A stretch of DNA of 64,000 nucleotides, taken from contig JAQQAL010000035.1 of the NCBI GenBank assembly GCA_028532855.1, positions 39,481 to 103,480 of the forward strand, in the 5' to 3' direction. The position numbers and the translations under genes are program-made. Below, one piece after another: positions 1 to 9,993 of the stretch. Every line of letters begins with the position of its first letter. Position 1 is the stretch's first letter. This stretch comes from Candidatus Thalassospirochaeta sargassi. Its GTDB lineage: Bacteria > Spirochaetota > Spirochaetia > UBA9216. The notes under the pieces are model-generated. The model was not told where the DNA came from, did no database searches, and saw only the letters and a program-made list of their open reading frames with translations.

Positions 1-576
1 TTTAAGATCATATATACCGGTACCCGAGGCATAAGAGTAATCTGTAGCCATTTTCCCTGTGAGTAGATAATTTATGTAATCCTTGGTTCCTAAAATACTG
101 GCGGTTTTAGCGAATACATCAGGAAGATTATTTTTCATCCATAAAATCTTAAACACCGTGTACAATGCAGCGGGAAATCCGTTTCCCGTGATCATATACC
201 AATCATCTTCAGAAACAGATTCAAAAAAAGGCCCGGTCTCTGCCGTCCCCGGTCTTGAATCCGACCATATTGGCACCTCTTTCATCAAAAGATTTCCGGA
301 ACCGTCTACAGGAACCATGCCCAGGCTGTGCCCGGAAATACCGATCCCCTTGACGTGCCCCCGAACAGAATCAGCCTGGGAATCCAGGAGTTCGAGAATA
401 CTTGCTTTTACAGCAGCCCACCACTCTTCTGGTTTCTGTTCATGCCAGCCGTCACGGGGATAGTAGGTAGGATACTCTTTAAAAATACCGTTAAGGCACT
501 TCCCTTCCGAATCATAGATAGAAGATTTGCAACCACCCGTACCTAGATCACAGGCTATTACGTAGGAATTGTTCAC
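1..576 (-). CDS. FGGY-family carbohydrate kinase (xylulokinase-like), 5' part; runs off the window
   Basis: Not in the ORF track. Manual translation from GTG at 576 (RBS GGAGG upstream) gives MNNSYVIACDLGTGGCKSSIYDSEG, the FGGY N-terminal DxGT phosphate-1 motif; directly downstream of deoC. Confidence 0.85.
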   Translation of the reverse strand, partial: MNNSYVIACDLGTGGCKSSIYDSEGKCLNGIFKEYPTYYPRDGWHEQKPEEWWAAVKASILELLDSQADSVRGHVKGIGISGHSLGMVPVDGSGNLLMKEVPIWSDSRPGTAETGPFFESVSEDDWYMITGNGFPAALYTVFKILWMKNNLPDVFAKTASILGTKDYINYLLTGKMATDYSYASGTGIYDLK

Positions 577-590
577 AGGAACCTCCAGAA

Positions 591-1253
591 TCAGTTTAAT
601 ATTGCTAAGGCTGTGCGGGCACCCACTCCAAACCTTACCGCGCCACTTGCATGCATTGCAAGCAGGGTTTCCTTATCCCGGACTCCGCCTGCAGCCTTAA
701 CCTTGCAGCTATCACCAACTGTATCGGACATCAACTTTATATTCTCAACAGTTGCACCCGAAGGAGCCCATCCCGTTCCCGTCTTAACAAACGAGGCACC
801 GCATTCTACAGCTATTTCACAGGCTTTTACAATTTCTTCACGAGTCAGATAATGACATTCAAGAATCACTTTCACAGGCATTCCGTCGGCAGCCTTGATA
901 ACCTGCTTTATATCGTTGGCAAACAAATCATACTCACCAGCCTTCAGCCAGCCGATATTTATCACCATATCCAGTTCATTAACTCCCATTTCGATAAGTT
1001 CAAGTGCTTCATGAACCTTCCCTGCTGTAGTGGCAGCCCCATCCGGAAAACCGACAGTTCCTCCTATCAGAATATCCTTCCGCTCCTTCAACAGATCTAC
1101 AAGGTACGGTATATGCGCTGGAAGCGCAAACACGCAGATACAATCATGCTTCATAGCTGTCGCAGCAGCATCTCTAATCTCATCAAGGGTATTAAAGGCC
1201 TGAACACAGCTCAGATCCATCATTTGTGCTATTTCTCTGTTTGTTAAACTCAT
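591..1253 (-). CDS. deoC: deoxyribose-phosphate aldolase
   Basis: VGFPDG, ELDMVINIG, VKVILE, FVKTGTG (Schiff-base Lys), VKAAGGVR motifs. Confidence 0.92.
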   Translation of the reverse strand: MSLTNREIAQMMDLSCVQAFNTLDEIRDAAATAMKHDCICVFALPAHIPYLVDLLKERKDILIGGTVGFPDGAATTAGKVHEALELIEMGVNELDMVINIGWLKAGEYDLFANDIKQVIKAADGMPVKVILECHYLTREEIVKACEIAVECGASFVKTGTGWAPSGATVENIKLMSDTVGDSCKVKAAGGVRDKETLLAMHASGAVRFGVGARTALAILN

Positions 1254-1303
1254 TTTGCATCCTTCTTATTCGGGGTTACAGTATATATGATAATCACAGC
1301 TAA

Positions 1304-1334
1304 CATCATAACATCATGATGTTTATAATGTCAA
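1304..1334 (-). promoter_or_regulatory. sigma70-type promoter of deoC with a palindromic operator in the spacer
   Basis: Minus strand TTGACA-18nt-TATGAT; perfect 14-bp palindrome AACATCATGATGTT at 1310-1323. Confidence 0.6.
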
Positions 1335-1368
1335 GAAAAGGAAGAAACTTCGATTTATCAGCGCCGAT

Positions 1369-2091
1369 TTACGAGAGCCTCCCTTTGGTCGAGATTCCAA
1401 ATTCATACGATTTTGCATCGATAGTCAGGGTCACCGCCTCGAATGCAGTTCCCATAGTATATGTAATTCTGCGATCAACCAAAAGAGGAGCGCCCTGTAA
1501 CAGGCCAAGAGTTTCGGCTTCATCTTTCTCAGCCGCCTTGGCAGTAATTCTATCAAATGCGGATTCAATGGTTATTCCCCATTTTTTTTCCAGATACTGA
1601 TACAGTGATGTGATGCTTTGATAATCATCTGCCATGCCCGGAACAAAACGTGGAATCAGGTAATTCTCTGCTATAGCTACAGGTCTACCATCCGATTGGA
1701 TAACCCGTCTAAGATAGTAAAGCTCACTCCCAGGTTTTATTTCAAGAATATCGGCTCTCTCAGCATCGGCCTCTACCCTGCTGAAAAAAGCCTCCCCTAT
1801 AGTTACAACACATCCCCGCCTTTTAAGAGTCTCAGAAAAGGAGCTGACGTAATTCAAAAGCTGAGACATAGCCTTTCTATCATTTACCCTGGTGCCCAAT
1901 CCCTGCTTGATTGTCACATAGCCGTCATGAGCAAGCAGCTCCATAGCCTTCCGGACAGTTGTCCTGCTTATTTGGAATTCCTCCTGTAGTTCGGGTTCCG
2001 GAGGTAATAGGGAATCAACCGGATAAATGTTACTCTCGATACGCTTTACCACAAGTCGATAGACTTTCATGTACATTGGTGTTTTTTTCAT
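1369..2091 (-). CDS. GntR family (HutC/UTRA) transcriptional regulator
   Basis: N-terminal wHTH LPPEPELQEEFQISRTTVRKA..QGLGTRV; C-terminal UTRA-like domain. Confidence 0.92.
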   Translation of the reverse strand: MKKTPMYMKVYRLVVKRIESNIYPVDSLLPPEPELQEEFQISRTTVRKAMELLAHDGYVTIKQGLGTRVNDRKAMSQLLNYVSSFSETLKRRGCVVTIGEAFFSRVEADAERADILEIKPGSELYYLRRVIQSDGRPVAIAENYLIPRFVPGMADDYQSITSLYQYLEKKWGITIESAFDRITAKAAEKDEAETLGLLQGAPLLVDRRITYTMGTAFEAVTLTIDAKSYEFGISTKGRLS

Positions 2092-2250
2092 TTACAGCTC
2101 TTCCCCAAAGAATACATCATTATGTTTAGCTTTACAAGCAAATATAAAAATGCAGCAGAATTGTTACGATAAACTTTTATCTATTGACAAGACGGCATAT
2201 AATATCGTAATTTATTATCGATATCCATTTATCGCTAAAGGACGTACAGC

Positions 2251-2493
2251 ATGATAACTGTTGAAATATGTATGGGAAGCTCCTGCTATTCCAGGGGAAA
2301 CTCACAGTCGCTTGAGATTGTTGAAAACTACATAAAAGAAAAAAAACTGGAAGATCAGATAAAGCTGCAAGGAAAACTATGCCTGGAAAACTGTTCGGAA
2401 GGTCCTAATATCATCGTAAACGGCAATATTCACCGGAGGTGTAACCCGGAATGCGTAATTGACCTTATCAGCCACTATATGGAGAAGAAATAA
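2251..2493 (+). CDS. thioredoxin-like [2Fe-2S] ferredoxin (NuoE-like, HfsA-like)
   Basis: CMGSSC...CLENCSEGP Cys pattern; first gene of the hydrogenase operon. Confidence 0.85.
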   Translation: MITVEICMGSSCYSRGNSQSLEIVENYIKEKKLEDQIKLQGKLCLENCSEGPNIIVNGNIHRRCNPECVIDLISHYMEKK

Positions 2494-2495
2494 GA

Positions 2496-4208
2496 ATGAA
2501 ATTTCCAATCTATACCGAAAAAACTATCTGCCGTGACTGCTATAAATGCGTGCGCCAATGTCCGGTTAAGGCTATCAAGGTTAACGATGGAAGCGCTGTT
2601 ATCGTGCATGACCTGTGCATTTTCTGCGGCAGATGCATTGAGGTATGCCCGGTCAACGCTAAAAAGGTTCGTTCAGACACAGCAAGGGCAAAACAGCTGT
2701 TGAAGCTAAATGAAACGGTTATTGCTTCAATAGCCCCCTCCTTTCCGGCTGAGTTCGACTGTACCGCTGCCGAACTGATTACGGCCATTAAAAAACTCGG
2801 ATTCAGTGGTGTATCAGAAACATCTATAGGGGCTGAGATTGTCGGAAAAGATGCAGCATCAAAAATGGACACAATCAAGGGCATGCTTATTTCATCAGCC
2901 TGTCCTACTGTTAAGGAGCTGATAAGAAAGTACCGCCCTTCGCTGGTTCCACGGATGGCCGATACAGCGTCTCCTCTTGAAGCCCATGCCAGCCTTCTTA
3001 AAAACACTTACGGTAAAAATGCACGGGTAGTATTCATCGGACCATGTATTTCTAAAAAGCTTGAAGCTGACGATGAAACCTCGGATATTGATTTGGCATT
3101 AACTTTTATTGAACTGACTGAATGGTTGGAAGCTGAAGGAATTGAGCTTGGAGGAGATTGCGACCCTGATGCGCATTTTATACCGGAGCAGACGGTAAAG
3201 GCAGCGGAGTTTGCTGTTGAAGGCGGAATGCTGAATACAATACGAGCAAGCGCATCTGCTATAGAACCTGATCTTATAAGTTGTTCCGGTATTAGCAATA
3301 TAATAGGTACATTTGATGATATAGAGAACTTAAAGGAACGAAACATCTTTTTAGAGTATCTTGCCTGCGACGGCGGATGTATATCTGGTCGAGGAATGTC
3401 ACAGACATGCGGTTATCTCGAAAAAAGACTTAGGGTCCTCGATTATCAGCAATTGAGCCTTAAAGAAAGTCTACGACCAGCGGAGGCGGCTGCTGAATTA
3501 GAGAAGATTATTCCCCCGGCCCCCGTCAGACCGGAGAGTTTTACAGACGATGAAATTGAAGAGGTACTACTTTCTCTGGATAAGAGAAGCAAAGAAGATG
3601 AAATGAACTGCGGCGGCTGCGGATATAACACATGCCGCGACTTTGCCGCCGCCATTCTATCGGGGAAGGCAGAACAGAATATGTGCGTAACCAATATGCG
3701 AAAACTTGCTGAAAAAAAGAGCAATGCACTTATGAAAGCCATGCCCCTGGGGGTTGTAATCACAGACGTCAATGAAAAGATCCTGGAATGCAATGAAAAA
3801 TTTATTAATCTGTTTACGGATATCGACAGCTCGCTTGCACCCGAAGCCGGCCTGAGACTCGAAGGCGCTCCACTGGAAAGGCTTCTGCCCGGCTGCGGCA
3901 TTTTTGATAAGCTTAAAAACTCGCCGCTTCACACAACAGAAGATAAGATGCGGATAGACGGAAAAGTGTTCAGAACATTCGCATTCCGCATTGGCAAAGA
4001 AGAAATGTTCGGTGCAGTCTTTCAGGATATAACCTCACCCGCAGTCAGACGGGAAACCATAATCCGCAAAACAGAGGAAGTAATTGAAAAAAGTCTCAAC
4101 AGTGTTCAGCAGATTGCATCACTCCTTGGAGAAAATGCTGCTGAAACCCAGCTCATACTTAATTCTCTGATAGAATCCTACACCGACAATGAGGACCATA
4201 AAGAATGA
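2496..4208 (+). CDS. sensory [FeFe]-hydrogenase (group C, HfsB/HydS-like) with C-terminal FeS and PAS domains
   Basis: Two 4Fe-4S motifs; variant H-cluster motifs SSACP / GPCISKKLE / EYLACDGGC; NCGGCGYNTC FeS domain; PAS-like C-terminus. Confidence 0.88.
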   Translation: MKFPIYTEKTICRDCYKCVRQCPVKAIKVNDGSAVIVHDLCIFCGRCIEVCPVNAKKVRSDTARAKQLLKLNETVIASIAPSFPAEFDCTAAELITAIKKLGFSGVSETSIGAEIVGKDAASKMDTIKGMLISSACPTVKELIRKYRPSLVPRMADTASPLEAHASLLKNTYGKNARVVFIGPCISKKLEADDETSDIDLALTFIELTEWLEAEGIELGGDCDPDAHFIPEQTVKAAEFAVEGGMLNTIRASASAIEPDLISCSGISNIIGTFDDIENLKERNIFLEYLACDGGCISGRGMSQTCGYLEKRLRVLDYQQLSLKESLRPAEAAAELEKIIPPAPVRPESFTDDEIEEVLLSLDKRSKEDEMNCGGCGYNTCRDFAAAILSGKAEQNMCVTNMRKLAEKKSNALMKAMPLGVVITDVNEKILECNEKFINLFTDIDSSLAPEAGLRLEGAPLERLLPGCGIFDKLKNSPLHTTEDKMRIDGKVFRTFAFRIGKEEMFGAVFQDITSPAVRRETIIRKTEEVIEKSLNSVQQIASLLGENAAETQLILNSLIESYTDNEDHKE

Positions 4209-5386
4209 ATGGGTTCATTGAGGTAGATTACGCCCAGAACTGGAAACACAGTGAGAGAATAGCCGGCGACGTATTCCTGCTCTCCAGGGATAAAACCGAA
4301 GGCAGAATAGTCTGTACCCTGTCGGACGGCCTGGGCAGCGGTGTAAAGGCAAATGTTCTGGCGAATCTGACTGCCACCATGGGTCAAAAGTTTACAACAT
4401 CAAGGATGGATATAGTTGATTCAGCCAGGGTAATTATGAAAACACTTCCAACCTGCCGTGAGCGTAAGATAAGTTATTCAACATTTACTATGGTAGATAT
4501 CAATTCTTCAGGCGTTGCAAAAATTGTGGAATACGATAATCCGCCCTACATGCTGATAAGAAACGGAAAGGTTTTGAAAATAGAGAAAACTGTTATTCCG
4601 CTTGAAAACCGATTCCCAGGCAGAACTGAACAGCTGTATTATTCGGAGGTAAACCTGCAGAACGAAGACCGGCTGATCTTCTTCAGCGACGGGGTATCTC
4701 AATCCGGCATGGGAACCGCGAAGCTGCCGTTAGGTTGGCGAACACCGTTTATTGAAGAATTTGTTACTGCAGAAATTAACAAGGACAGAAATATATCGGC
4801 AAGGGATCTATCGCGTAAAATTACCAGCCGGGCCCTGCTGAATGATATTCAGAAGGCCAAGGACGACATAACCTGCGCTGTGGTATACCCGCGAAAACCG
4901 CGAAAACTGCTGCTGGTGTCGGGGCCTCCGATTGATCCTGAAAATGATCAGCACCTCCTTGAAAAATATGAGGCTTTCACGGGAAAAAAAATCATCTGCG
5001 GCGGAACAACTGCAGGCATTATAGCGGAAGGATTGAATACTGAAATTGAAACCGATCTACGGGAACGAACGGCCGACATTCCGCCACTGTCCCGTATGGA
5101 AGGAGCTGATCTTGTTACAGAAGGGATACTCACTCTTTCCAAAACTGCTGAAATGCTTGAGACAAAAGACAGCTGGGTCGCAATGCAAACTAATGCAGTC
5201 AGACGCCTGATCTGTATGCTGATGAATACTGATGAGGTGCACTTCCTGGTGGGAACAAAGATAAATGAAGCTCACCAGGATCCAAGCATACCCGTCGAGC
5301 TGGGCCTTAGAAGAACGATTATTCACAGGATTAAGACAATACTCGAATCGAAATATCTTAAACAGACTTTTTTAGAATACATATAG
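4205..5386 (+). CDS. SpoIIE/PP2C-family Ser/Thr protein phosphatase (HfsC-like)
   Basis: LSDGLGSG, FFSDGV, KDDIT motifs; ATGA overlap with the hydrogenase gene. Confidence 0.88.
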   Translation: MNGFIEVDYAQNWKHSERIAGDVFLLSRDKTEGRIVCTLSDGLGSGVKANVLANLTATMGQKFTTSRMDIVDSARVIMKTLPTCRERKISYSTFTMVDINSSGVAKIVEYDNPPYMLIRNGKVLKIEKTVIPLENRFPGRTEQLYYSEVNLQNEDRLIFFSDGVSQSGMGTAKLPLGWRTPFIEEFVTAEINKDRNISARDLSRKITSRALLNDIQKAKDDITCAVVYPRKPRKLLLVSGPPIDPENDQHLLEKYEAFTGKKIICGGTTAGIIAEGLNTEIETDLRERTADIPPLSRMEGADLVTEGILTLSKTAEMLETKDSWVAMQTNAVRRLICMLMNTDEVHFLVGTKINEAHQDPSIPVELGLRRTIIHRIKTILESKYLKQTFLEYI

Positions 5387-5392
5387 GAGAAG

Positions 5393-5668
5393 ATGATGGA
5401 AAAGATCAGTATCGAAATCTGTACCGGCACAACATGTTATGTCATGGGTGCGTCAGACCTGCTCACCCTCGAGGAACACCTGAGGCCGCCCCTCTCATCT
5501 TCAGTGAAGATATCCGGCTCAACATGTCTGGGTATATGCCGAGACAAACGATTCAAACCGCCGTTTGTCAGGGTAGCTGGCAAACTGATTGCCCAGGCAA
5601 GTGTGAGAAAGGTTTTAAAAGCAGTTGAAGCTGAATACAGCGGGGGTAGCTATGCTTACGATGAATAA
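5393..5668 (+). CDS. second NuoE-like [2Fe-2S] ferredoxin
   Basis: CTGTTC...CLGIC..PPFV pattern. Confidence 0.8.
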   Translation: MMEKISIEICTGTTCYVMGASDLLTLEEHLRPPLSSSVKISGSTCLGICRDKRFKPPFVRVAGKLIAQASVRKVLKAVEAEYSGGSYAYDE

Positions 5669-7088
5669 CCAAAGCAACTATATAAGGAAAGAGTTGAGCA
5701 GTCTTCTGCTGAAAGATTTCAACGAAGACAAACTCGCCAGAACAATAGATAGGATTCCTATTGATCTGAACCCGAGAGATAAATCGAGCTACCGATGCTG
5801 TACATTCAAGGATAGGGCAATGACCCGCTACCGAATTATGGCCCTACTCGGTTTCAGCATTGAGCAGGATGATGATGAATATAAACCTCTTAAAGAATAT
5901 CTAGGCGAGGCGCTTGTACGTGAAAAGATTGAACATCCGCCCCTGACTGTTATCTCGGTAGCCTGCAGCTCCTGTCCACGGGTAACCTACAGGGTGACGG
6001 ACAGCTGCCGCGGATGTCTGGCCCGCCCCTGTGAAACGAACTGCCCCTTTGGTGCTATCAGCATCAAGAACGGCCGGGCGGAAATTGACAAGGACAAATG
6101 CCGAAACTGCGGAAAATGCCGCGAACTATGTCCTTTCAATGCAATTATCTACACTCCCGTCCCCTGCGAAGACGCCTGCCCTGTGAATGCAGTTAAACGC
6201 GATGATAGCGGAAACATGTTCATTGATTACGACAACTGTATATCATGCGGCCGCTGTGTTCGGTCCTGCCCCTTCGGAGCAGTTATGGAACGAAGCCAGC
6301 TTATTGATGTATCTGCCCGCATAAAGGAGAAAAAACCTATTACAGCCATGCTCGCTCCATCAATTATAGGACAGTTTCCGGGAAGTACTGCGCAGCTGGT
6401 GGCGGCATTAAAACAGCTGGGCTTCACCGCCGTGGTGGATGTAGCAGCCGGAGCCGATGAAACCTCTGCCCTGGAGGCTGTTGAGTTTGCTGAGCGGATT
6501 GAGCAAGGTGAAGCCATGATGGCTACATCCTGCTGCCCGGCCTGGGTAGACGCCGCAGAAAAGCATATTAGCGGCATGAAAATTTTTCTTTCTGATACCG
6601 GGACGCCGCTGTTTTATACATCGCAGGCGGCGGAGACGCTGTTTCCCGGCAGCCTGAAAGTATTCATAGGCCCCTGCACTGCAAAACGCAGCGAGGCCAT
6701 CCGCGACAACTCCGCTGACTATGTACTGAGTTTTGAAGAACTCGGCGCAATGCTCATTGCCGCCGGTATTGATGTGAACGATTGCGAGGAGACAGATTTT
6801 AACGGCGGGGACGGTTCGTTCAGGGCAAGAGCCTTTGCCGCCTCGGGGGGGGTAGCTGATGCGGTTATTGCAAGGTTTGATGAAGAGACAAGGAGCATTT
6901 GCAACCCGCTTAAGGTGGACGGTCTGACGAAGAAAAACATAAATCTGCTCAAGGCTGCCGCAGCAGGAAAACTTAAATACAACCTGATTGAAGTTATGTC
7001 CTGCGAGGGCGGCTGCATATGCGGGCCTGGGGTTATAGGCAACCCGAAGGTTGTTAAAAAGAAACTGGAAAACAGCATGTCGGCCTAG
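5652..7088 (+). CDS. monomeric catalytic-type [FeFe]-hydrogenase (group B-like, HfsD-like)
   Basis: Several CxxCxxCxxxCP clusters; H-cluster motifs TSCCPAW, GPCTAKRSE, EVMSCEGGC; start moved to ATG 5652 after a GGGGG RBS. Confidence 0.88.
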   Translation: MLTMNNQSNYIRKELSSLLLKDFNEDKLARTIDRIPIDLNPRDKSSYRCCTFKDRAMTRYRIMALLGFSIEQDDDEYKPLKEYLGEALVREKIEHPPLTVISVACSSCPRVTYRVTDSCRGCLARPCETNCPFGAISIKNGRAEIDKDKCRNCGKCRELCPFNAIIYTPVPCEDACPVNAVKRDDSGNMFIDYDNCISCGRCVRSCPFGAVMERSQLIDVSARIKEKKPITAMLAPSIIGQFPGSTAQLVAALKQLGFTAVVDVAAGADETSALEAVEFAERIEQGEAMMATSCCPAWVDAAEKHISGMKIFLSDTGTPLFYTSQAAETLFPGSLKVFIGPCTAKRSEAIRDNSADYVLSFEELGAMLIAAGIDVNDCEETDFNGGDGSFRARAFAASGGVADAVIARFDEETRSICNPLKVDGLTKKNINLLKAAAAGKLKYNLIEVMSCEGGCICGPGVIGNPKVVKKKLENSMSA

Positions 7089-7136
7089 GCATAATCCGTA
7101 CTGGATCTGCCGCAGTTGCTGTGCTATGGTTTAATC

Positions 7137-9101
7137 ATGAATAGATTAAGCCTGTATATATCCGTTTTATTTATATTAGCCCTGCCGGTTTTAAGTTCCG
7201 GTGAGGGGGTTTCAGAGGTTTCGGAGGCTGCCGTTGCGGCATCCGAAATACCTGTATCAAGGGTCACCCTTTATTCTGCCGGACTTGCCCAGATGGTTCA
7301 CGAAACAGAGGTGAACGGGAATGAAGAGATTCTGTTTCAGGCCGAACCGGGTGATATCAACGATATTCTGAAAAGTCTTGTTGTTGAAGATCTTGACGGG
7401 GGAAGTGTTGATATAGTCAAGTTCGACAGCGCCGACCCGCTGAATATAGTCCTCGGGGATCTGCGGGTTAACCCGTCGGGATCCCCTGCCCTATATGATC
7501 TTCTACTGAGAGCCCAGGGTGAATGGGTAGCAGCCTCCGGCAATGACAAAGATCTTGAGGGGCGTATATTAAGTGTTGAAAAAAGACAGACTGATGATGA
7601 ACTGCTGCTGATACTCAACCTGATGAATAGTTCCGGCATCAACAGTATTGATATTACAGAGCTGAAAAATCTACAATTCATCGACCCGTTGCTGCAGAAT
7701 GAGCTGATTTCCGCCCTCGGAACAATTTCCGAATCCAGGATAAAATCGGTTCGGACTCTTAGGATATCATTCAAAGGCAAAGGCTTCAGGCGCGTTCGTC
7801 TGAGCTATATAAAAGCAGTACCGCTATGGAAGACGAGCTACAGAATTGTACTTGACGAAAACGGGACCCCCACACTGGAAGGATGGGCTATTGTACAGAA
7901 CACCGGCAACACCGATTGGGAAAATGTGCAGCTTGATTTTGTTGCCGGTATGCCTAATGCCTTCACAATGGAACTTTCCACCCCGAAATATATCAGCCGG
8001 GAGGATGTCGACACAGTTTTAAACAAACCGATAGGTCCTACAAGCTATGAAAAAGCCTACGCGCCGGCACCATCTATGTCGCGCAGCTCCTACGATATGC
8101 CATCCTCTGCAATGGCTGAAGAAGCATACAGTCCGGCCCCGACCGCAAGCCTGTCAACAGCAGTAAGCTCGGGCAATTTCTACCGATATGAAGTCAGCCA
8201 TCCTGTAACAATAGACGCAAGATCGTCTGCAATGATTCCGATTATCTCGTATGAAAATGCTGGCAAATCTCTTGGCGTTTACGATCCTTCCTACAACCTT
8301 GTATTCAAAGGGATTCAACTGACAAACATATCCGAAGCTCAATGGGAAGCGGGACCGGTAACGGTACTTGAGGGACGATACTACGGCGGTGACACACTAC
8401 TTCCCGCTATGATTCCGGACAGCGAACGCCTTCTTACATACGCGGTTCACGGATCACTTGAAGTAGAAAAAGAAATCATATCCGAGCCTGAAGTTTTGTC
8501 TTCAATTAAGATTTCCGACGGCCTGCTCTACCGGAGCGACAAGAAAAAGCGGAAAACTGAATATAAAATATCAGGTACTGAAGACGAACTTTTAATAATC
8601 CATCCGCGTGAATCCGGCTGGAAACTGCTTCAAAGCCCCGAAATATCGGAAGAAACAACTGGTGAATACAGGTTCAGGCTGACTGAATGGGATAAACCTG
8701 CAGTTGTAAGTGAAGAATACATCGAGTTGAATCAATACAGCCTGATTAACCTTGGTTTAAATGATTTCGACTATTATATGGAATGGAATCATATCTCCCC
8801 GGATATTAAGAGGGCCTTTGACAGCATATCTAAGATGAAGCGTGAAATCGAAACACTGCGAGAGCAAATCAACAACCTGAACAGCAGTGTCAACAGAATC
8901 AGCAGGGATCAGAGCAGAATAAGAGAGAACATGAAGGTTCTCGATAAGGAATCTGATCTATATAAAAAATATTCTTTACAGCTTGAAGACCAGGAAAAAG
9001 ATCTGACGGAGCTGTATTCAAACCAGACTGCAACCCAGAGAAAATACCAGGAAGCAGACCGGAAACTGAAAGACTATATAGCAGGGCTCGATTTAGAATA
9101 A
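7137..9101 (+). CDS. DUF4139/DUF4140-like secreted protein with C-terminal coiled coil
   Basis: Signal peptide; VTLYSAGLA, DILKSL, PLWKTSYR, GWAIVQNTGNTDWENVQL motifs. Confidence 0.75.
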   Translation: MNRLSLYISVLFILALPVLSSGEGVSEVSEAAVAASEIPVSRVTLYSAGLAQMVHETEVNGNEEILFQAEPGDINDILKSLVVEDLDGGSVDIVKFDSADPLNIVLGDLRVNPSGSPALYDLLLRAQGEWVAASGNDKDLEGRILSVEKRQTDDELLLILNLMNSSGINSIDITELKNLQFIDPLLQNELISALGTISESRIKSVRTLRISFKGKGFRRVRLSYIKAVPLWKTSYRIVLDENGTPTLEGWAIVQNTGNTDWENVQLDFVAGMPNAFTMELSTPKYISREDVDTVLNKPIGPTSYEKAYAPAPSMSRSSYDMPSSAMAEEAYSPAPTASLSTAVSSGNFYRYEVSHPVTIDARSSAMIPIISYENAGKSLGVYDPSYNLVFKGIQLTNISEAQWEAGPVTVLEGRYYGGDTLLPAMIPDSERLLTYAVHGSLEVEKEIISEPEVLSSIKISDGLLYRSDKKKRKTEYKISGTEDELLIIHPRESGWKLLQSPEISEETTGEYRFRLTEWDKPAVVSEEYIELNQYSLINLGLNDFDYYMEWNHISPDIKRAFDSISKMKREIETLREQINNLNSSVNRISRDQSRIRENMKVLDKESDLYKKYSLQLEDQEKDLTELYSNQTATQRKYQEADRKLKDYIAGLDLE

Positions 9102-9184
9102 CATGGGTTTTCAGAAATAAAAGTAACATCTCCCGCATGCCGCGGTGTTATATTCAATAGAAACCTCTTACGGAGTTAGTTAAT

Positions 9185-9877
9185 ATGAAGAACATAAGAG
9201 CAATTACAATCTGCGCCGCAACAGCGGCAATTGTGTTTGCAGGCTGCACAAGTGTAAACAATTTGAAGCATTATGACATCTATGGTACACGCATTGCCAT
9301 GGACATGCCGATTCCACCAAAACCGACCGTGTCAGTCGACTACAGCAATGCCAGCTTCGACAATGATCCCCTTACTGCTATAGTATCACTCGGAACAAAC
9401 CTCGTTAAATCCTCGGAAGCCAATAAGGCTGAAAAGAAACTTTATTCAGCGCTTGAGGGATTATACATCCCCGAATACGCAGCTGAACTGACCTTTGATC
9501 GCATAGTAAAGATGCTTGATGCCGAGATGATTCAGGATCTGCGAACTGCCGATATAATCCTTGAAATTGAGATTGAGGAATACGGACTAACCGCCTACTC
9601 CTGGGGCGGAAATGTATCAATGATCTTCGAAATGGAAGCCGGCCTCTACCATCCCGGCAATAATGAACTAATCTGGCGAAGGAAGATCAACGTCGAAGAG
9701 GAGCTATCACCTTCACTATTTGGATTTGATTCCATTGTTGGAAATGTGGTATCAATAGCCGTACTCAGCGAACTCTCCGAAGAGGAGCTTGCCGAAGGCT
9801 TTCAGAATCTGACCTATGATGTGATGGAGGAAACCGTACACGAACTTCGGGATGATCTTAGAGACACTAGACGCTGA
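9185..9877 (+). CDS. hypothetical lipoprotein
   Basis: Lipobox FAGC after a hydrophobic signal; RBS GGAG. Confidence 0.7.
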   Translation: MKNIRAITICAATAAIVFAGCTSVNNLKHYDIYGTRIAMDMPIPPKPTVSVDYSNASFDNDPLTAIVSLGTNLVKSSEANKAEKKLYSALEGLYIPEYAAELTFDRIVKMLDAEMIQDLRTADIILEIEIEEYGLTAYSWGGNVSMIFEMEAGLYHPGNNELIWRRKINVEEELSPSLFGFDSIVGNVVSIAVLSELSEEELAEGFQNLTYDVMEETVHELRDDLRDTRR

Positions 9878-9993
9878 CCCCTCCGGTGCCAGACACGGCC
9901 CAGGCCTTTTATACCGGCACGAAGAAGAGTTCAGTTTTATCGAGGTCAATTTCATCTTGAGCAGTACCCACGAAGACGGTTAGCTCCGTGCAG

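Noticed and set aside
83-546. Plus-strand ORFs 83-463 and 328-546
   Set aside because: Antisense shadows of the FGGY kinase
2161-2235. Possible promoter or Rex site upstream of the hydrogenase operon
   Set aside because: TTGACA and TATAAT are only 8 nt apart and there is no good TTGTGAA-N4-TTCACAA match
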